Notes under the pieces: model-generated
Seen by the model: only the letters and a program-made list of their open reading frames with translations
Databases searched by the model: none
Told to the model about the DNA's origin: nothing
Source of the DNA: Escherichia phage vB_EcoM_PHB05
Direction: 5' to 3' (one strand)
Sequence record: NC_052652.1
DNA length: 64,000 nt
Translations under genes and position numbers: made by a program
Shown: positions 41,209 through 50,064 of the stretch, piece by piece
How the letters are laid out: each line of letters starts with the position of its first letter
Position numbering within the stretch: the first letter of the stretch is position 1

Positions 41209-41881
41209 ATTTTTGAGCCTCCTCATAAGAGATAAAAGTTTTACCATTGCGAAGATCCTCCAGTGATTGTTTATATTGTTCCCAGTTTACACCAATCCCC
41301 TGTTCTTTCTCTTCTTTTGACAGATTCGCAAAAGGTAAAGGATTATCTCCAAACACATCGTCAGGATGGATAAACGCCATAATTCGAATAGGACATGGTA
41401 CGCCGTGAATACCTCGGTTCAAACCTGCCAGTGGAACGCGCTGAATCCACTCTGCATCCTCATACCCATAGCCGTGGGTGTATGAGCGGAAATAGCCAGC
41501 TTTCTCAATAACTGCACGGGAATACATACCAAACTGGCACATGCCTAGTTCCCAAATAACCACTTCACCTTCAATACCTTTTACTTTATCTTTAAAGTAT
41601 TCAGGCATACCAAAGAAATCCCAGCCATTTTCCTTAGCCTGTTTTACAAAATATGTTTCCCAACCTGTCACAACCGGATAGCAATCATCATCAAAAATAA
41701 ACCAGTAATCATACCCTTCATCATAAAACTTTTTCATCAGTTCATTACGGGCATATGCAACACCTTTTCGTTCCCGATCATACTGTACAACAAAAGTAGC
41801 ATTAGGATCAGTCACAAGATAATCTTTAAGAGGACGCTTACCTACAGTAATAACACCAACACCAATTTTTGTATTTTCCAA
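41195..41881 (-). CDS. Putative glycosyltransferase (GT-A-like, DxD-type)
   Basis: 228 aa; acidic FIFDDDCYP motif and YGYEDAEW segment. Confidence 0.35.
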   Translation of the reverse strand: MENTKIGVGVITVGKRPLKDYLVTDPNATFVVQYDRERKGVAYARNELMKKFYDEGYDYWFIFDDDCYPVVTGWETYFVKQAKENGWDFFGMPEYFKDKVKGIEGEVVIWELGMCQFGMYSRAVIEKAGYFRSYTHGYGYEDAEWIQRVPLAGLNRGIHGVPCPIRIMAFIHPDDVFGDNPLPFANLSKEEKEQGIGVNWEQYKQSLEDLRNGKTFISYEEAQKYGKS

Positions 41882-41890
41882 AATAACTCC

Positions 41891-42454
41891 TTAAATAATT
41901 TTATTCATGTCTTGACAATGTAAAAGGTGTGAAACAGCTTTTCTAGGATCATCATTACCTAAACGGTATGTGTGAAATAAATATAACCCACGTAGTAAAC
42001 CTAGCCTTTTATTGTTAGCGTGTAATGCTTTAGAGAAAATTATATCAAACTGTATTGATCTTTCCTCAAAAGGGATTTCATTCCACAGACTCTTACGAAA
42101 GAGAAGAAAGAATCCTGCTAAGATAGCATCTGTAGGTACTTCCTCTATTGAGTTTCCCCATTCTAGATGTGCTCTTTTTGCAATCTCAATGTGGTGTAAT
42201 ATATTTGGATCTTCACTTCTTTCATTATTAAATAATTGATATGTTGATCCCAATCTATTACAAGATGCACCAAGAACATCAAAATCAGGATTTGAACGGA
42301 CTATTGATTCCAACCAAGCAGGTTGTTCTGGAAGAAGAAACATTGTATCAATGTCTCTTAGGCAAATCCAACTATCTTCTGGTAAGACACTTATTGTGTC
42401 ATTGATACCTTTTCCAATATCTCCAGAAAGATAGGGAGTTATGTGAAATATCAT
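41891..42454 (-). CDS. Hypothetical protein (possible additional glycosyltransferase)
   Basis: 187-aa ORF in same cluster. Confidence 0.3.
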   Translation of the reverse strand: MIFHITPYLSGDIGKGINDTISVLPEDSWICLRDIDTMFLLPEQPAWLESIVRSNPDFDVLGASCNRLGSTYQLFNNERSEDPNILHHIEIAKRAHLEWGNSIEEVPTDAILAGFFLLFRKSLWNEIPFEERSIQFDIIFSKALHANNKRLGLLRGLYLFHTYRLGNDDPRKAVSHLLHCQDMNKII

Positions 42455-42511
42455 ACTCCCTCCGTATTATTACTTTAGCATTTTTAGACTAAAAAGTCCA
42501 AATGGTTTTAC

Positions 42512-42706
42512 CTATTGATTACGTTTTGCGAGTTCCATTTGGATAGCTAAACTGTGATCTCGTGCTTCCATATACTCTTTATATGTTTCATTAAGATGAT
42601 CACGACAAACATCACGCAGTTTAATCAGTTTATCTGTAGGGATACCACTAAGATCATCCCAAGATTTTACAACTTCACCAGTATCATTGATCCCAATGGT
42701 TTTCAT
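42512..42706 (-). CDS. Hypothetical small protein
   Basis: 64-aa ORF. Confidence 0.3.
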   Translation of the reverse strand: MKTIGINDTGEVVKSWDDLSGIPTDKLIKLRDVCRDHLNETYKEYMEARDHSLAIQMELAKRNQ

Positions 42707-42962
42707 CTACAACCTCCTTAATTGCTACAGCACAGTTTTTGCAGATACACTGCCCTTTACCTTTAGAAATCTGGATGTAAGGTTCATTTTCATCTTCGCC
42801 CTTACGTGAGTCATATATTACAGAATTAAAGCACACAACGCAAATATTTTTTAAGATTGTATACTTATCAACTTTCTTTTTTGTTTTAAAGTTAACTTCA
42901 ATAACATCAGCCATCAGTGTAACACTCCCAGTATGTTGTTTTGTGACATAACCATAGAACAT
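42684..42962 (-). CDS. Hypothetical small Cys-rich protein
   Basis: 92 aa with CxxC...CxxC pattern. Confidence 0.3.
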   Translation of the reverse strand: MFYGYVTKQHTGSVTLMADVIEVNFKTKKKVDKYTILKNICVVCFNSVIYDSRKGEDENEPYIQISKGKGQCICKNCAVAIKEVVDENHWDQ

Positions 42963-43192
42963 TCAACATTATCGTGACTACGTGAAAAACGTTCCCAAAC
43001 ATCTTCATCGACTCGTAAAGCTATACAAGGATAGACGTTATCATTGATCATTTCAATTGAATAAACATCCACATTGTCTTCGTCTTCGATGAACATCATT
43101 GCAAACTGTTCTAAATGTTTCCTAATGTAATGTACATCCTCTTCTGTAAGACCAATAACAAGATAACTTGCAACGATAACGCCATCTTTCAT
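42914..43192 (-). CDS. Hypothetical small protein
   Basis: 92-aa ORF. Confidence 0.3.
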   Translation of the reverse strand: MKDGVIVASYLVIGLTEEDVHYIRKHLEQFAMMFIEDEDNVDVYSIEMINDNVYPCIALRVDEDVWERFSRSHDNVECSMVMSQNNILGVLH

Positions 43193-43202
43193 CTATATCT
43201 CC

Positions 43203-43712
43203 TTAGCGATAGAATTGATGTTCTTTGTAGCGGTACACTAGAACCATATCTTTTTCCCAGTGTGCTCTTATTGTAGATTTTTTAAAGTATAATGCTCCTT
43301 TTGTAATATCTAATGCAATTCGTAGTTCTGGAAAATGGTTATCGAGATAAAGTAGACGTTCTGCTATAGCCTTAGCTTCCTTCCACTTATCGTGTTCCAT
43401 AACGTTGAATGTCTTCGTGTAAGAGAATTGTCCTTTCTGAAACAAAACTTCTTTTATAGTATCAGGGAAATATGAATCTCTAGCCCTATTCAATACTACA
43501 TTACCAACAGCAGACATACCGCGCTTTCCTTGATTACGACTTTCTGCATAGATTGCACAAGCTAATAGATTTTCTTTACTATCACGCTTTGTACACTTGT
43601 GAACTACTTTAGCAGTTTTTACGTTTGCAGCTTCGGCTTGCGCCACAACAGGTGTAAATGTAAAAGCAGTTAAGGATAGTAACGCAATTGCGACAAAGGT
43701 TTTTATTGACAA
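43203..43712 (-). CDS. Secreted cell-wall-hydrolase-like protein (SleB/Hydrolase_2-like)
   Basis: N-terminal signal peptide ending AQA; motif CAIYAESRNQG...VGNVVLNR resembles SleB-family hydrolases. Confidence 0.45.
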   Translation of the reverse strand: MSIKTFVAIALLSLTAFTFTPVVAQAEAANVKTAKVVHKCTKRDSKENLLACAIYAESRNQGKRGMSAVGNVVLNRARDSYFPDTIKEVLFQKGQFSYTKTFNVMEHDKWKEAKAIAERLLYLDNHFPELRIALDITKGALYFKKSTIRAHWEKDMVLVYRYKEHQFYR

Positions 43713-43805
43713 ACTTGCCTCCTATTTTGTTAAACGAACTTTTATTGTAACACAGAAGAGGCTGTTTTGCAAGTGGAGGGGGATAATCCCCCCTCTTAGA
43801 CTCTG

Positions 43806-44408
43806 TTAGATATTGTAAACCTTTGTATGAGTTACTACACCATCTTCTACAAAATCAATACGTTCTTGATCCGTAACTAGTGCAGACAACACTTTAAATT
43901 TAATTTTTACACGCTCAAAAGCTGGTTGACCATCTTTAAGATAATTATGTTCAGTTGTCACTGTCTTGTTTACAAAATCAACTTTTGCTTTACCGTTTTC
44001 GCGTAAGTGGAATGTTTTTCCTGCTTTATACACAATTTCAACATTACCTTCGAGAGTAATTCCTTCAAAAAGTTCACCCTCTTCTTCATTTTCTTCACTT
44101 TTGAACAGACGACGAAATTCTTCCATATCAAGATAAACAACACCTTCAGAATAATTATCAGTAAGATATGTCTTACCACCCATTAGCCCGAAATATTGCC
44201 AGATTGCCGAATAAACATCACTAGATGATCCAAGGGTTTCTCTGAGTTTAGTTCCACGAATTACTTCATAAACTTCAAAATTGAAACCAGCCTGCAAAGC
44301 ATCAAACAGCACATCACTAACTTCTAAAGCATAATCTTGATTGTGTTCAATATCTACAAGAAAATTGCCGCTACGAATAAGTTTTTGACCTTCTAAAGTA
44401 ATACCCAT
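43806..44408 (-). CDS. Hypothetical protein
   Basis: 200-aa ORF with GAGGAGAA RBS. Confidence 0.4.
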   Translation of the reverse strand: MGITLEGQKLIRSGNFLVDIEHNQDYALEVSDVLFDALQAGFNFEVYEVIRGTKLRETLGSSSDVYSAIWQYFGLMGGKTYLTDNYSEGVVYLDMEEFRRLFKSEENEEEGELFEGITLEGNVEIVYKAGKTFHLRENGKAKVDFVNKTVTTEHNYLKDGQPAFERVKIKFKVLSALVTDQERIDFVEDGVVTHTKVYNI

Positions 44409-44435
44409 TGTTTTCTCCTCTTTTATTTCAAATAT

Positions 44436-44451
44436 GCGCCCCGAAGGGCGC
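44436..44451 (-). terminator. Stem-loop gcgccc-cgaa-gggcgc downstream of terD-like gene
   Basis: Perfect 6-bp stem followed (minus strand) by AT-rich tract. Confidence 0.4.
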
Positions 44452-44472
44452 TATGATTTATTACTTGACTTA

Positions 44473-45069
44473 TTACTCGAACCAATCGTCGCCAGCGCCG
44501 AACGCTTTAACTACATCGTAAATGTCAAGCCCAGCTTTACCCACACCATACGCTTTCAGTTTCCATTCACTATCTTCCCGTACCAGGGAGGCAACGTGGC
44601 AAATGGTGTTACCTGCAAGTTCTGGAGCCAAGAAGTCAAAGTCCAGCAGTTCAACATTACGTTCATCATCGAAGATTTTAAGGAAACCTTCGGTAGCGTG
44701 ACCAAGGCGTTTCTTACCCGTTTCGTCATCAATAGTAATTACAAATGCAATTTCCTGTGCTTCAGCAGAGATATTATCCAGTGTAACATCAATCTGCTCC
44801 ATCTGTCCTACACCGTCACGAACATCTTCACCTGCAAAAGTAGAACGTTCAGGATCAAATTTCTGCGCGTAGCACACCAGGTGACGAGGAGACAACAGTT
44901 CCGGCAGACCAGATGCATTGTGTCGGCAAATCAGAGCACTAACATCCAGATCCAGTTTTTCGTTAGATTTCCAAGAGAATTCCAGACGAATGCGTTTCAG
45001 TGCTGGTGCAATCTTTTTCAGAGAAACTTTTTCACTAGAACCTTTTTTCAGGGAAATTTTCTGAGTCAT
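44473..45069 (-). CDS. terD: TerD-domain protein (tellurite-resistance/stress protein family)
   Basis: 198 aa; N-terminal ISLKKGSSEKVSLKK (cf. TerD VSLSKGGNVSLSK), DLDVSA, acidic central block, C-terminal SEWKLKAYGVGKAG, all as in TerD/TerE. Confidence 0.75.
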   Translation of the reverse strand: MTQKISLKKGSSEKVSLKKIAPALKRIRLEFSWKSNEKLDLDVSALICRHNASGLPELLSPRHLVCYAQKFDPERSTFAGEDVRDGVGQMEQIDVTLDNISAEAQEIAFVITIDDETGKKRLGHATEGFLKIFDDERNVELLDFDFLAPELAGNTICHVASLVREDSEWKLKAYGVGKAGLDIYDVVKAFGAGDDWFE

Positions 45070-45141
45070 AATTTATTATCTCCTTTGTTGTTAATTTACG
45101 TTGTCTATTTTACTAATCTTTTCTACAAAGTCAAGCGTTTT

Positions 45142-45936
45142 TTACGCTTTTGCTCCGAATTTTTTAACCCACTCACCAAACTCTTCGGATAACAGCTTAT
45201 CGTAAAGTTCTTCATCAGACAAGGACAAATCTGCAATACCGATAAAATCAACATTATCGTATTCTTTTGCCAAGTCTTTCAGGAATTTAAAGTTTGCATT
45301 ACCTACACCAACCATAAACCAGTAAACAGGCGTATTGCGGTGTTTGTTCAGTAAGCTACGTACTGCTGAAGTATCCATGTTCTCCCCGTCAGTTTGGAAG
45401 AAAATCATTGCAGGAGTACGATCAACTTGTGCATCAGTATCTACAACCTGTTCTACAACAGTACGTGTTACTTCTACAAGTTCTTTTTTACCAGTTAGTT
45501 TAGCAAGGAAACCCTTAGCCGGGACTTCTTCATACTCAACGACTTCGCGTGTAATATTTTTCATAGGTACACTACCGAAGTATGTATCATAGATCTCTTG
45601 CATTACTGGAGCATAAGCAGTACCACCGTTGATGCAAACATTAGACATGCAAGAGCCGACATAATCATCATACACACCAGCCGTTGCAGGAGGCAGTTCA
45701 AAAGAAGAACTATTGAAAGCCCACATGTCAATCTGTGCATTATCATCAAACTTCATACCAAACGGCAGCAGTTTACCTACAAAATCACTAACAGTGCCAT
45801 CACGATACAGCTCACACATACTACCCGAAATATCTAAGGCGCTACCGACACGAAGAACAACATCGTTAATCTTTTTCTTACGCAGAGATACAGTAAGAGT
45901 TTCTTGACGTTTTTTAAGACTGATTTTATTGGACAT
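45142..45936 (-). CDS. von Willebrand factor A (vWA) domain protein with TerD-like N-terminal peptide
   Basis: 264 aa; MIDAS-like DISGSM and downstream T/D residues; N-terminus ISLKKRQETLTVSLRKKK mimics TerD start. Confidence 0.5.
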   Translation of the reverse strand: MSNKISLKKRQETLTVSLRKKKINDVVLRVGSALDISGSMCELYRDGTVSDFVGKLLPFGMKFDDNAQIDMWAFNSSSFELPPATAGVYDDYVGSCMSNVCINGGTAYAPVMQEIYDTYFGSVPMKNITREVVEYEEVPAKGFLAKLTGKKELVEVTRTVVEQVVDTDAQVDRTPAMIFFQTDGENMDTSAVRSLLNKHRNTPVYWFMVGVGNANFKFLKDLAKEYDNVDFIGIADLSLSDEELYDKLLSEEFGEWVKKFGAKA

Positions 45937-45937
45937 A

Positions 45938-46207
45938 TTATTTCTCCTTTCTGAGTGTAATGTTAGTAACTTCTAAATCCACTTCTACTACTTCTGTATC
46001 ATATAAAATACAGTTAAGTTGACCTCTTTGTGAACCGTTCAGACACATTGCTTGGTTTGTATTAACCTTAATAAACACTAAGTTTCTGAACGTATCTAAA
46101 CCAGATTCTTGATAGGCAACATAATATACAAATGTATCACCTGCGTCAAGTTCTCCAAAACATTTAGGTTCATCTGATTTGTCGTCTTTGATATTAAATT
46201 TAAGCAC
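45938..46207 (-). CDS. Hypothetical protein
   Basis: 89-aa ORF. Confidence 0.3.
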   Translation of the reverse strand: MLKFNIKDDKSDEPKCFGELDAGDTFVYYVAYQESGLDTFRNLVFIKVNTNQAMCLNGSQRGQLNCILYDTEVVEVDLEVTNITLRKEK

Positions 46208-46763
46208 TGTCTTCTCCTTTACCTGCTCTCCAGCCTAAATAGAAAGCCTCTCTGGTGATCTTTTGCAACTCGTTTAAAGAGATAGTTACAACTAAATCAT
46301 CTTCAATTTCTAGCTTTGAGTCTTCTTCTGTCTCAATGCAAGTATTATGCACTTTGTGGTAAGGATTGTCAACACGTTTAAATTTATTATTTTCAGTGCT
46401 GAAGAAGCAATCTGGATCTTCTTCTCCATCACCCCAGCCCTGGTTAGGGTCTTCTTCAGATCTTTCTGTTGGGATCTCCCCTGTAAAGTGCTCTTCTAAT
46501 ACCATAGCGATACCATCCCCAGGATCGGAAGAGAACATCAAATTACAAACTTCTTCCCAAGGCATAGACCACTTGAATCTTTTACGATTGCCATGTTTAT
46601 CTTCTTCGTTAGAGAAAACACTACCATAGCTATCATAATTGCCATACATCTCTTCAACAACTTTACCACCTTTCAAAAGAAATAGGTAGCAAGGAGAGCC
46701 ATCGAAAGAGGTAGAAAGAGCAGCATTACCAGACTCTTTGCACAAGAAACTAAAACACCCCAT
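46200..46763 (-). CDS. Hypothetical acidic protein
   Basis: 187-aa ORF. Confidence 0.35.
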   Translation of the reverse strand: MGCFSFLCKESGNAALSTSFDGSPCYLFLLKGGKVVEEMYGNYDSYGSVFSNEEDKHGNRKRFKWSMPWEEVCNLMFSSDPGDGIAMVLEEHFTGEIPTERSEEDPNQGWGDGEEDPDCFFSTENNKFKRVDNPYHKVHNTCIETEEDSKLEIEDDLVVTISLNELQKITREAFYLGWRAGKGEDSA

Positions 46764-46963
46764 TATACACCAGCCTTAAGATCAACTAAAGCCAAAGTTG
46801 TTTCAGAATGTGTTTGCTCGTCTACAGGTGCAGTCATATGATAATACAAAAAGTCTTCGGCATCATACCAATCTGACTCTTGACCTTGTTTCCAACCATC
46901 AATGAAAGCATCTTCCATAATGGTTTGTAATTCTTCACGAGTTAAGTGAATATCTTTATTCAT
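46763..46963 (-). CDS. Hypothetical small protein
   Basis: 66-aa ORF. Confidence 0.3.
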   Translation of the reverse strand: MNKDIHLTREELQTIMEDAFIDGWKQGQESDWYDAEDFLYYHMTAPVDEQTHSETTLALVDLKAGV

Positions 46964-47196
46964 TACACATTCTCCTCTTTTACCAATTCCATCGTTGAAC
47001 TATCAAAACCATCTTTAGAAGAATAGGTATAGACAGAACGTAGTTCTCGCAGGACAGTAAACACATTAGGATCATCTAACCAAGCATCCTGGAGGAGAAC
47101 ATAACGATCTTCATTGTCGTACTGGACAGCGATCATAGAACCAGACAGTTTGTAAATTTTAATATTCATAATATATTTCTCCTTAAAGTAGACCAC
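46963..47196 (-). CDS. Hypothetical small protein
   Basis: 77-aa ORF. Confidence 0.3.
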   Translation of the reverse strand: MVYFKEKYIMNIKIYKLSGSMIAVQYDNEDRYVLLQDAWLDDPNVFTVLRELRSVYTYSSKDGFDSSTMELVKEENV

Positions 47197-48286
47197 GTTT
47201 AACAGTTTGAATCATACCATCTTCAAGAGATTGCACTTCTTGAATGTAATCAATACGAGCAGCACGGGCTTCAGTGTTGATCCGATTAGTTTCTTCCAAC
47301 ATTTTAACTAAGTTTTCTTGATCGCGACGTAATGTTTCAATATCCAATACTTGACGATTAGCAAGTTGCGTAGCTTCAATTTGGTTTTGTGCAGCCAGAT
47401 CACTACCCATTGCAATAGCAGCATTAAACTCATTCAGTACATTGTTCTGTGTATCGGCTGCTTTCTTCTGGCGTAGACTTTCAATATACATAGAAAAGTT
47501 TGCAGAGTAAGCAGGAATAACATTATTCACAATATTACGGGCTGATCGCATCAAACTTGCAGATACTTTCTGCATACTTTGTACACGTGGCCCCATCTGA
47601 ACACACAGTAAACGCAAGGCTTTCAGGTCTGCAATACGAATTTCAAGCAGATCCATAGTATCACGAGTACGTTGACGCTCTTCTACTTCATTTTCAGGTA
47701 GTGTATTAAGGCGAACTTCTTCTTTTTCATAAGTAGCTGTTAGAAGCTCTATATCCCTGTTTAAGCTAAGAGCATATTTTGCAATAGCCTCTTCTAAACG
47801 TTGCAGATATCGTAAAGAATCTTCTTCTTTTTTCAAGTCTGTTTGGAGTGTCTTTACCAAACCTTCAATACGATTATTGATGGTGTCAAATTCTCCAAAC
47901 AAATCTTCTTTCATACCTAATACTTTCTTAACTAACTTACCTAAGCCTTTAGATTGTTTAATAGAGTTAGGATCAAGTTGCTTTGCTTGCTTAATAAGTG
48001 CAGTTAAACGTTCACTCATTTCATCTCCCTGAGATGAACGCTGGTGTTTAAGCACTTCAGCATTAAGGTTACGAAGAGTAAGTCCTGCATCAGCACCAAC
48101 TTGTTCAATCTCTTCACGAGACATTGGAGGCAGCATTTGTACAGGTCGTGCAACAGCAGGGGCATATACAGGGCTTGCATCCATAGCACTTGGAGCAAAC
48201 AAAGACTTACTTTTTTCTGTTGTTGCCGTGAATACACTCATTTCAGACGGTTTGCTTTTTACGGCACTGATAAAAGGACTGGACAT
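47183..48286 (-). CDS. TelA-like (toxic anion resistance) coiled-coil protein (putative)
   Basis: 367 aa, strongly alpha-helical, size and context match TelA/KlaB family; no single diagnostic motif recognised. Confidence 0.4.
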   Translation of the reverse strand: MSSPFISAVKSKPSEMSVFTATTEKSKSLFAPSAMDASPVYAPAVARPVQMLPPMSREEIEQVGADAGLTLRNLNAEVLKHQRSSQGDEMSERLTALIKQAKQLDPNSIKQSKGLGKLVKKVLGMKEDLFGEFDTINNRIEGLVKTLQTDLKKEEDSLRYLQRLEEAIAKYALSLNRDIELLTATYEKEEVRLNTLPENEVEERQRTRDTMDLLEIRIADLKALRLLCVQMGPRVQSMQKVSASLMRSARNIVNNVIPAYSANFSMYIESLRQKKAADTQNNVLNEFNAAIAMGSDLAAQNQIEATQLANRQVLDIETLRRDQENLVKMLEETNRINTEARAARIDYIQEVQSLEDGMIQTVKRGLL

Positions 48287-48354
48287 TCAATTTCCTCCAT
48301 ATTCTTTAGTAGATGGTGATACCTCTGTACCACCATCATAACACAAATTAAGTA

Positions 48355-49206
48355 TTAAACAAACATATCTAAATAATTTGTAGTAATAAATGCTCCATCT
48401 GCTTCCAGATTAACATAACCAGTAGCATTAGTGGTTAAGAAATCCAGATCGAAGGACTCTTTAACACCCCGTACCTCAACACGAGAGATATCGAATACAG
48501 GTAGTGTAACAGCCTCTTCGTGCAATACCGTACCTTTGTAGGTTGCCTTAATGATAAACTTGATATTACCCGTTCCCGCATCATACAAAACACTTTCAAA
48601 CCCTTTGAGAGTATACTTATCACCAGAAGTGAAGTGCAAAGTTGCTTTGTTTACAGTACGTTTTTTACGAGGAGTTCCTTTCACACGTTTATGATCACTA
48701 CGTTTTTTGTATTTAGGAGTGAATACAAACGATACACTCTCAAGAAAGGTATCAACATCAAGGATTTCAATATCCTCTGTTGCAGCAAATTTTGAAGTCG
48801 TTGCATCAAAATGCTTTCCCCTGCGATCATACATAAAGATATCAAACCGATCTTCTAAATCAAACAAATTATGTATCTTAATTTCAGAATGCTTGCACAT
48901 TGCAGCAACCTTAAACTCTTCAAAACGTGGGTGTTCTACAAGCTCTTCAAGTTTTACACCAAAGACAGTATATTGTTTCGAAGTTTTTTCTGGCGTTGGC
49001 ATTACAGAAGCATAATCACCGATTGCGCTTTTAAAGCAAAATTGTTCTTGACCTGTATTTTTACCAACGAATTTACAGTATTCGTCATCGTGCATACTTT
49101 CTTTGGTAGTACCAACAAACTCAAAACCATCCTTATTCTTCTCAAGAATTTCTTGATTAAAGATCCAACCTTCCAGGCGATACACTTTACCAACTTCTAG
49201 TTTCAT
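48355..49206 (-). CDS. Hypothetical protein
   Basis: 283-aa ORF. Confidence 0.4.
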   Translation of the reverse strand: MKLEVGKVYRLEGWIFNQEILEKNKDGFEFVGTTKESMHDDEYCKFVGKNTGQEQFCFKSAIGDYASVMPTPEKTSKQYTVFGVKLEELVEHPRFEEFKVAAMCKHSEIKIHNLFDLEDRFDIFMYDRRGKHFDATTSKFAATEDIEILDVDTFLESVSFVFTPKYKKRSDHKRVKGTPRKKRTVNKATLHFTSGDKYTLKGFESVLYDAGTGNIKFIIKATYKGTVLHEEAVTLPVFDISRVEVRGVKESFDLDFLTTNATGYVNLEADGAFITTNYLDMFV

Positions 49207-49241
49207 CTGTTCCTCCTTCTTATTTAATCTGTATTAAATTA

Positions 49242-49847
49242 TTAACGGCGACGTGAGCTACTAAAACTACGTTTCGACGAAGAATAACTTTTCGAAGACT
49301 TACTATAAGAGCTAATAGGGCTTGAGTAAGACTTACGAGCAGAGTAATCACTATTCACTTTTGTTGTTGATGGGCGTGAATACGTTTGTACACTTTGCTG
49401 CTTAATTGTGTTTTGTTTAGTTGTTGTATATGTATTCCCTTGTTTATCATAAAAACTATGCTTTTGTGTTGTATATGATTTACTGTTAGTTGTAGGAGCA
49501 GCGTTGTTATTAATAATTGTTGTATTGCTACCGCCATCTCTATAACCACCACCGCCACTATTACCACTCAACATATGACCAAGAAGCATACCTGTAGCAA
49601 ATTCACCTACACCAGAAGAACCACTACCGCCTCCTTGCACAACAACTGTTGAAGGCTGTGCAGGTGCTGCTTGAACAACTTGAGGTGCAGGTTGATTTAC
49701 ATATTGTTCATCTACCATCTGATTTGGTGTTTGTTGGTAACGTTGGTTTTGTACATTTTCAGAATCATCACAACCTACCAGCAATGCACTGCCTAAAACA
49801 ACTGCAACAATAAAAGATTTAATGTTTTTCATTTGTAACCCTCTCAT
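49242..49847 (-). CDS. Lipoprotein with low-complexity Ser/Thr/Gln-rich mature region
   Basis: Signal peptide plus lipobox LLVGC; rest is low-complexity. Confidence 0.5.
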   Translation of the reverse strand: MRGLQMKNIKSFIVAVVLGSALLVGCDDSENVQNQRYQQTPNQMVDEQYVNQPAPQVVQAAPAQPSTVVVQGGGSGSSGVGEFATGMLLGHMLSGNSGGGGYRDGGSNTTIINNNAAPTTNSKSYTTQKHSFYDKQGNTYTTTKQNTIKQQSVQTYSRPSTTKVNSDYSARKSYSSPISSYSKSSKSYSSSKRSFSSSRRR

Positions 49848-50025
49848 TTAAAGTCTCAACACAATTTTTAAAATCTCTAGAGAAACAATACATCTGTTCT
49901 CCGTTCCTGTTGATAGTAATTGTATGGTTATCAATATATGTTGTCAATATAAAAATCAAACAAAATAGCCCTAAAGCAAAACAAATATTTTCAAACAGAA
50001 TCCAAAGAACACGTAAAACCACCAT
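49819..50025 (-). CDS. Small hydrophobic protein
   Basis: 68 aa, one or two TM-like segments. Confidence 0.3.
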   Translation of the reverse strand: MVVLRVLWILFENICFALGLFCLIFILTTYIDNHTITINRNGEQMYCFSRDFKNCVETLNERVTNEKH

Positions 50026-50040
50026 CAGATCACCTCAACA

Positions 50041-50058
50041 AAGCCCCCGAAGGGGCTT
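50041..50058 (-). terminator. Stem-loop agcccc-cgaa-ggggct (reverse complement identical to hairpin at 27446)
   Basis: Perfect 6-bp stem just downstream of terC-like gene. Confidence 0.4.
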
Positions 50059-50064
50059 AATGAA

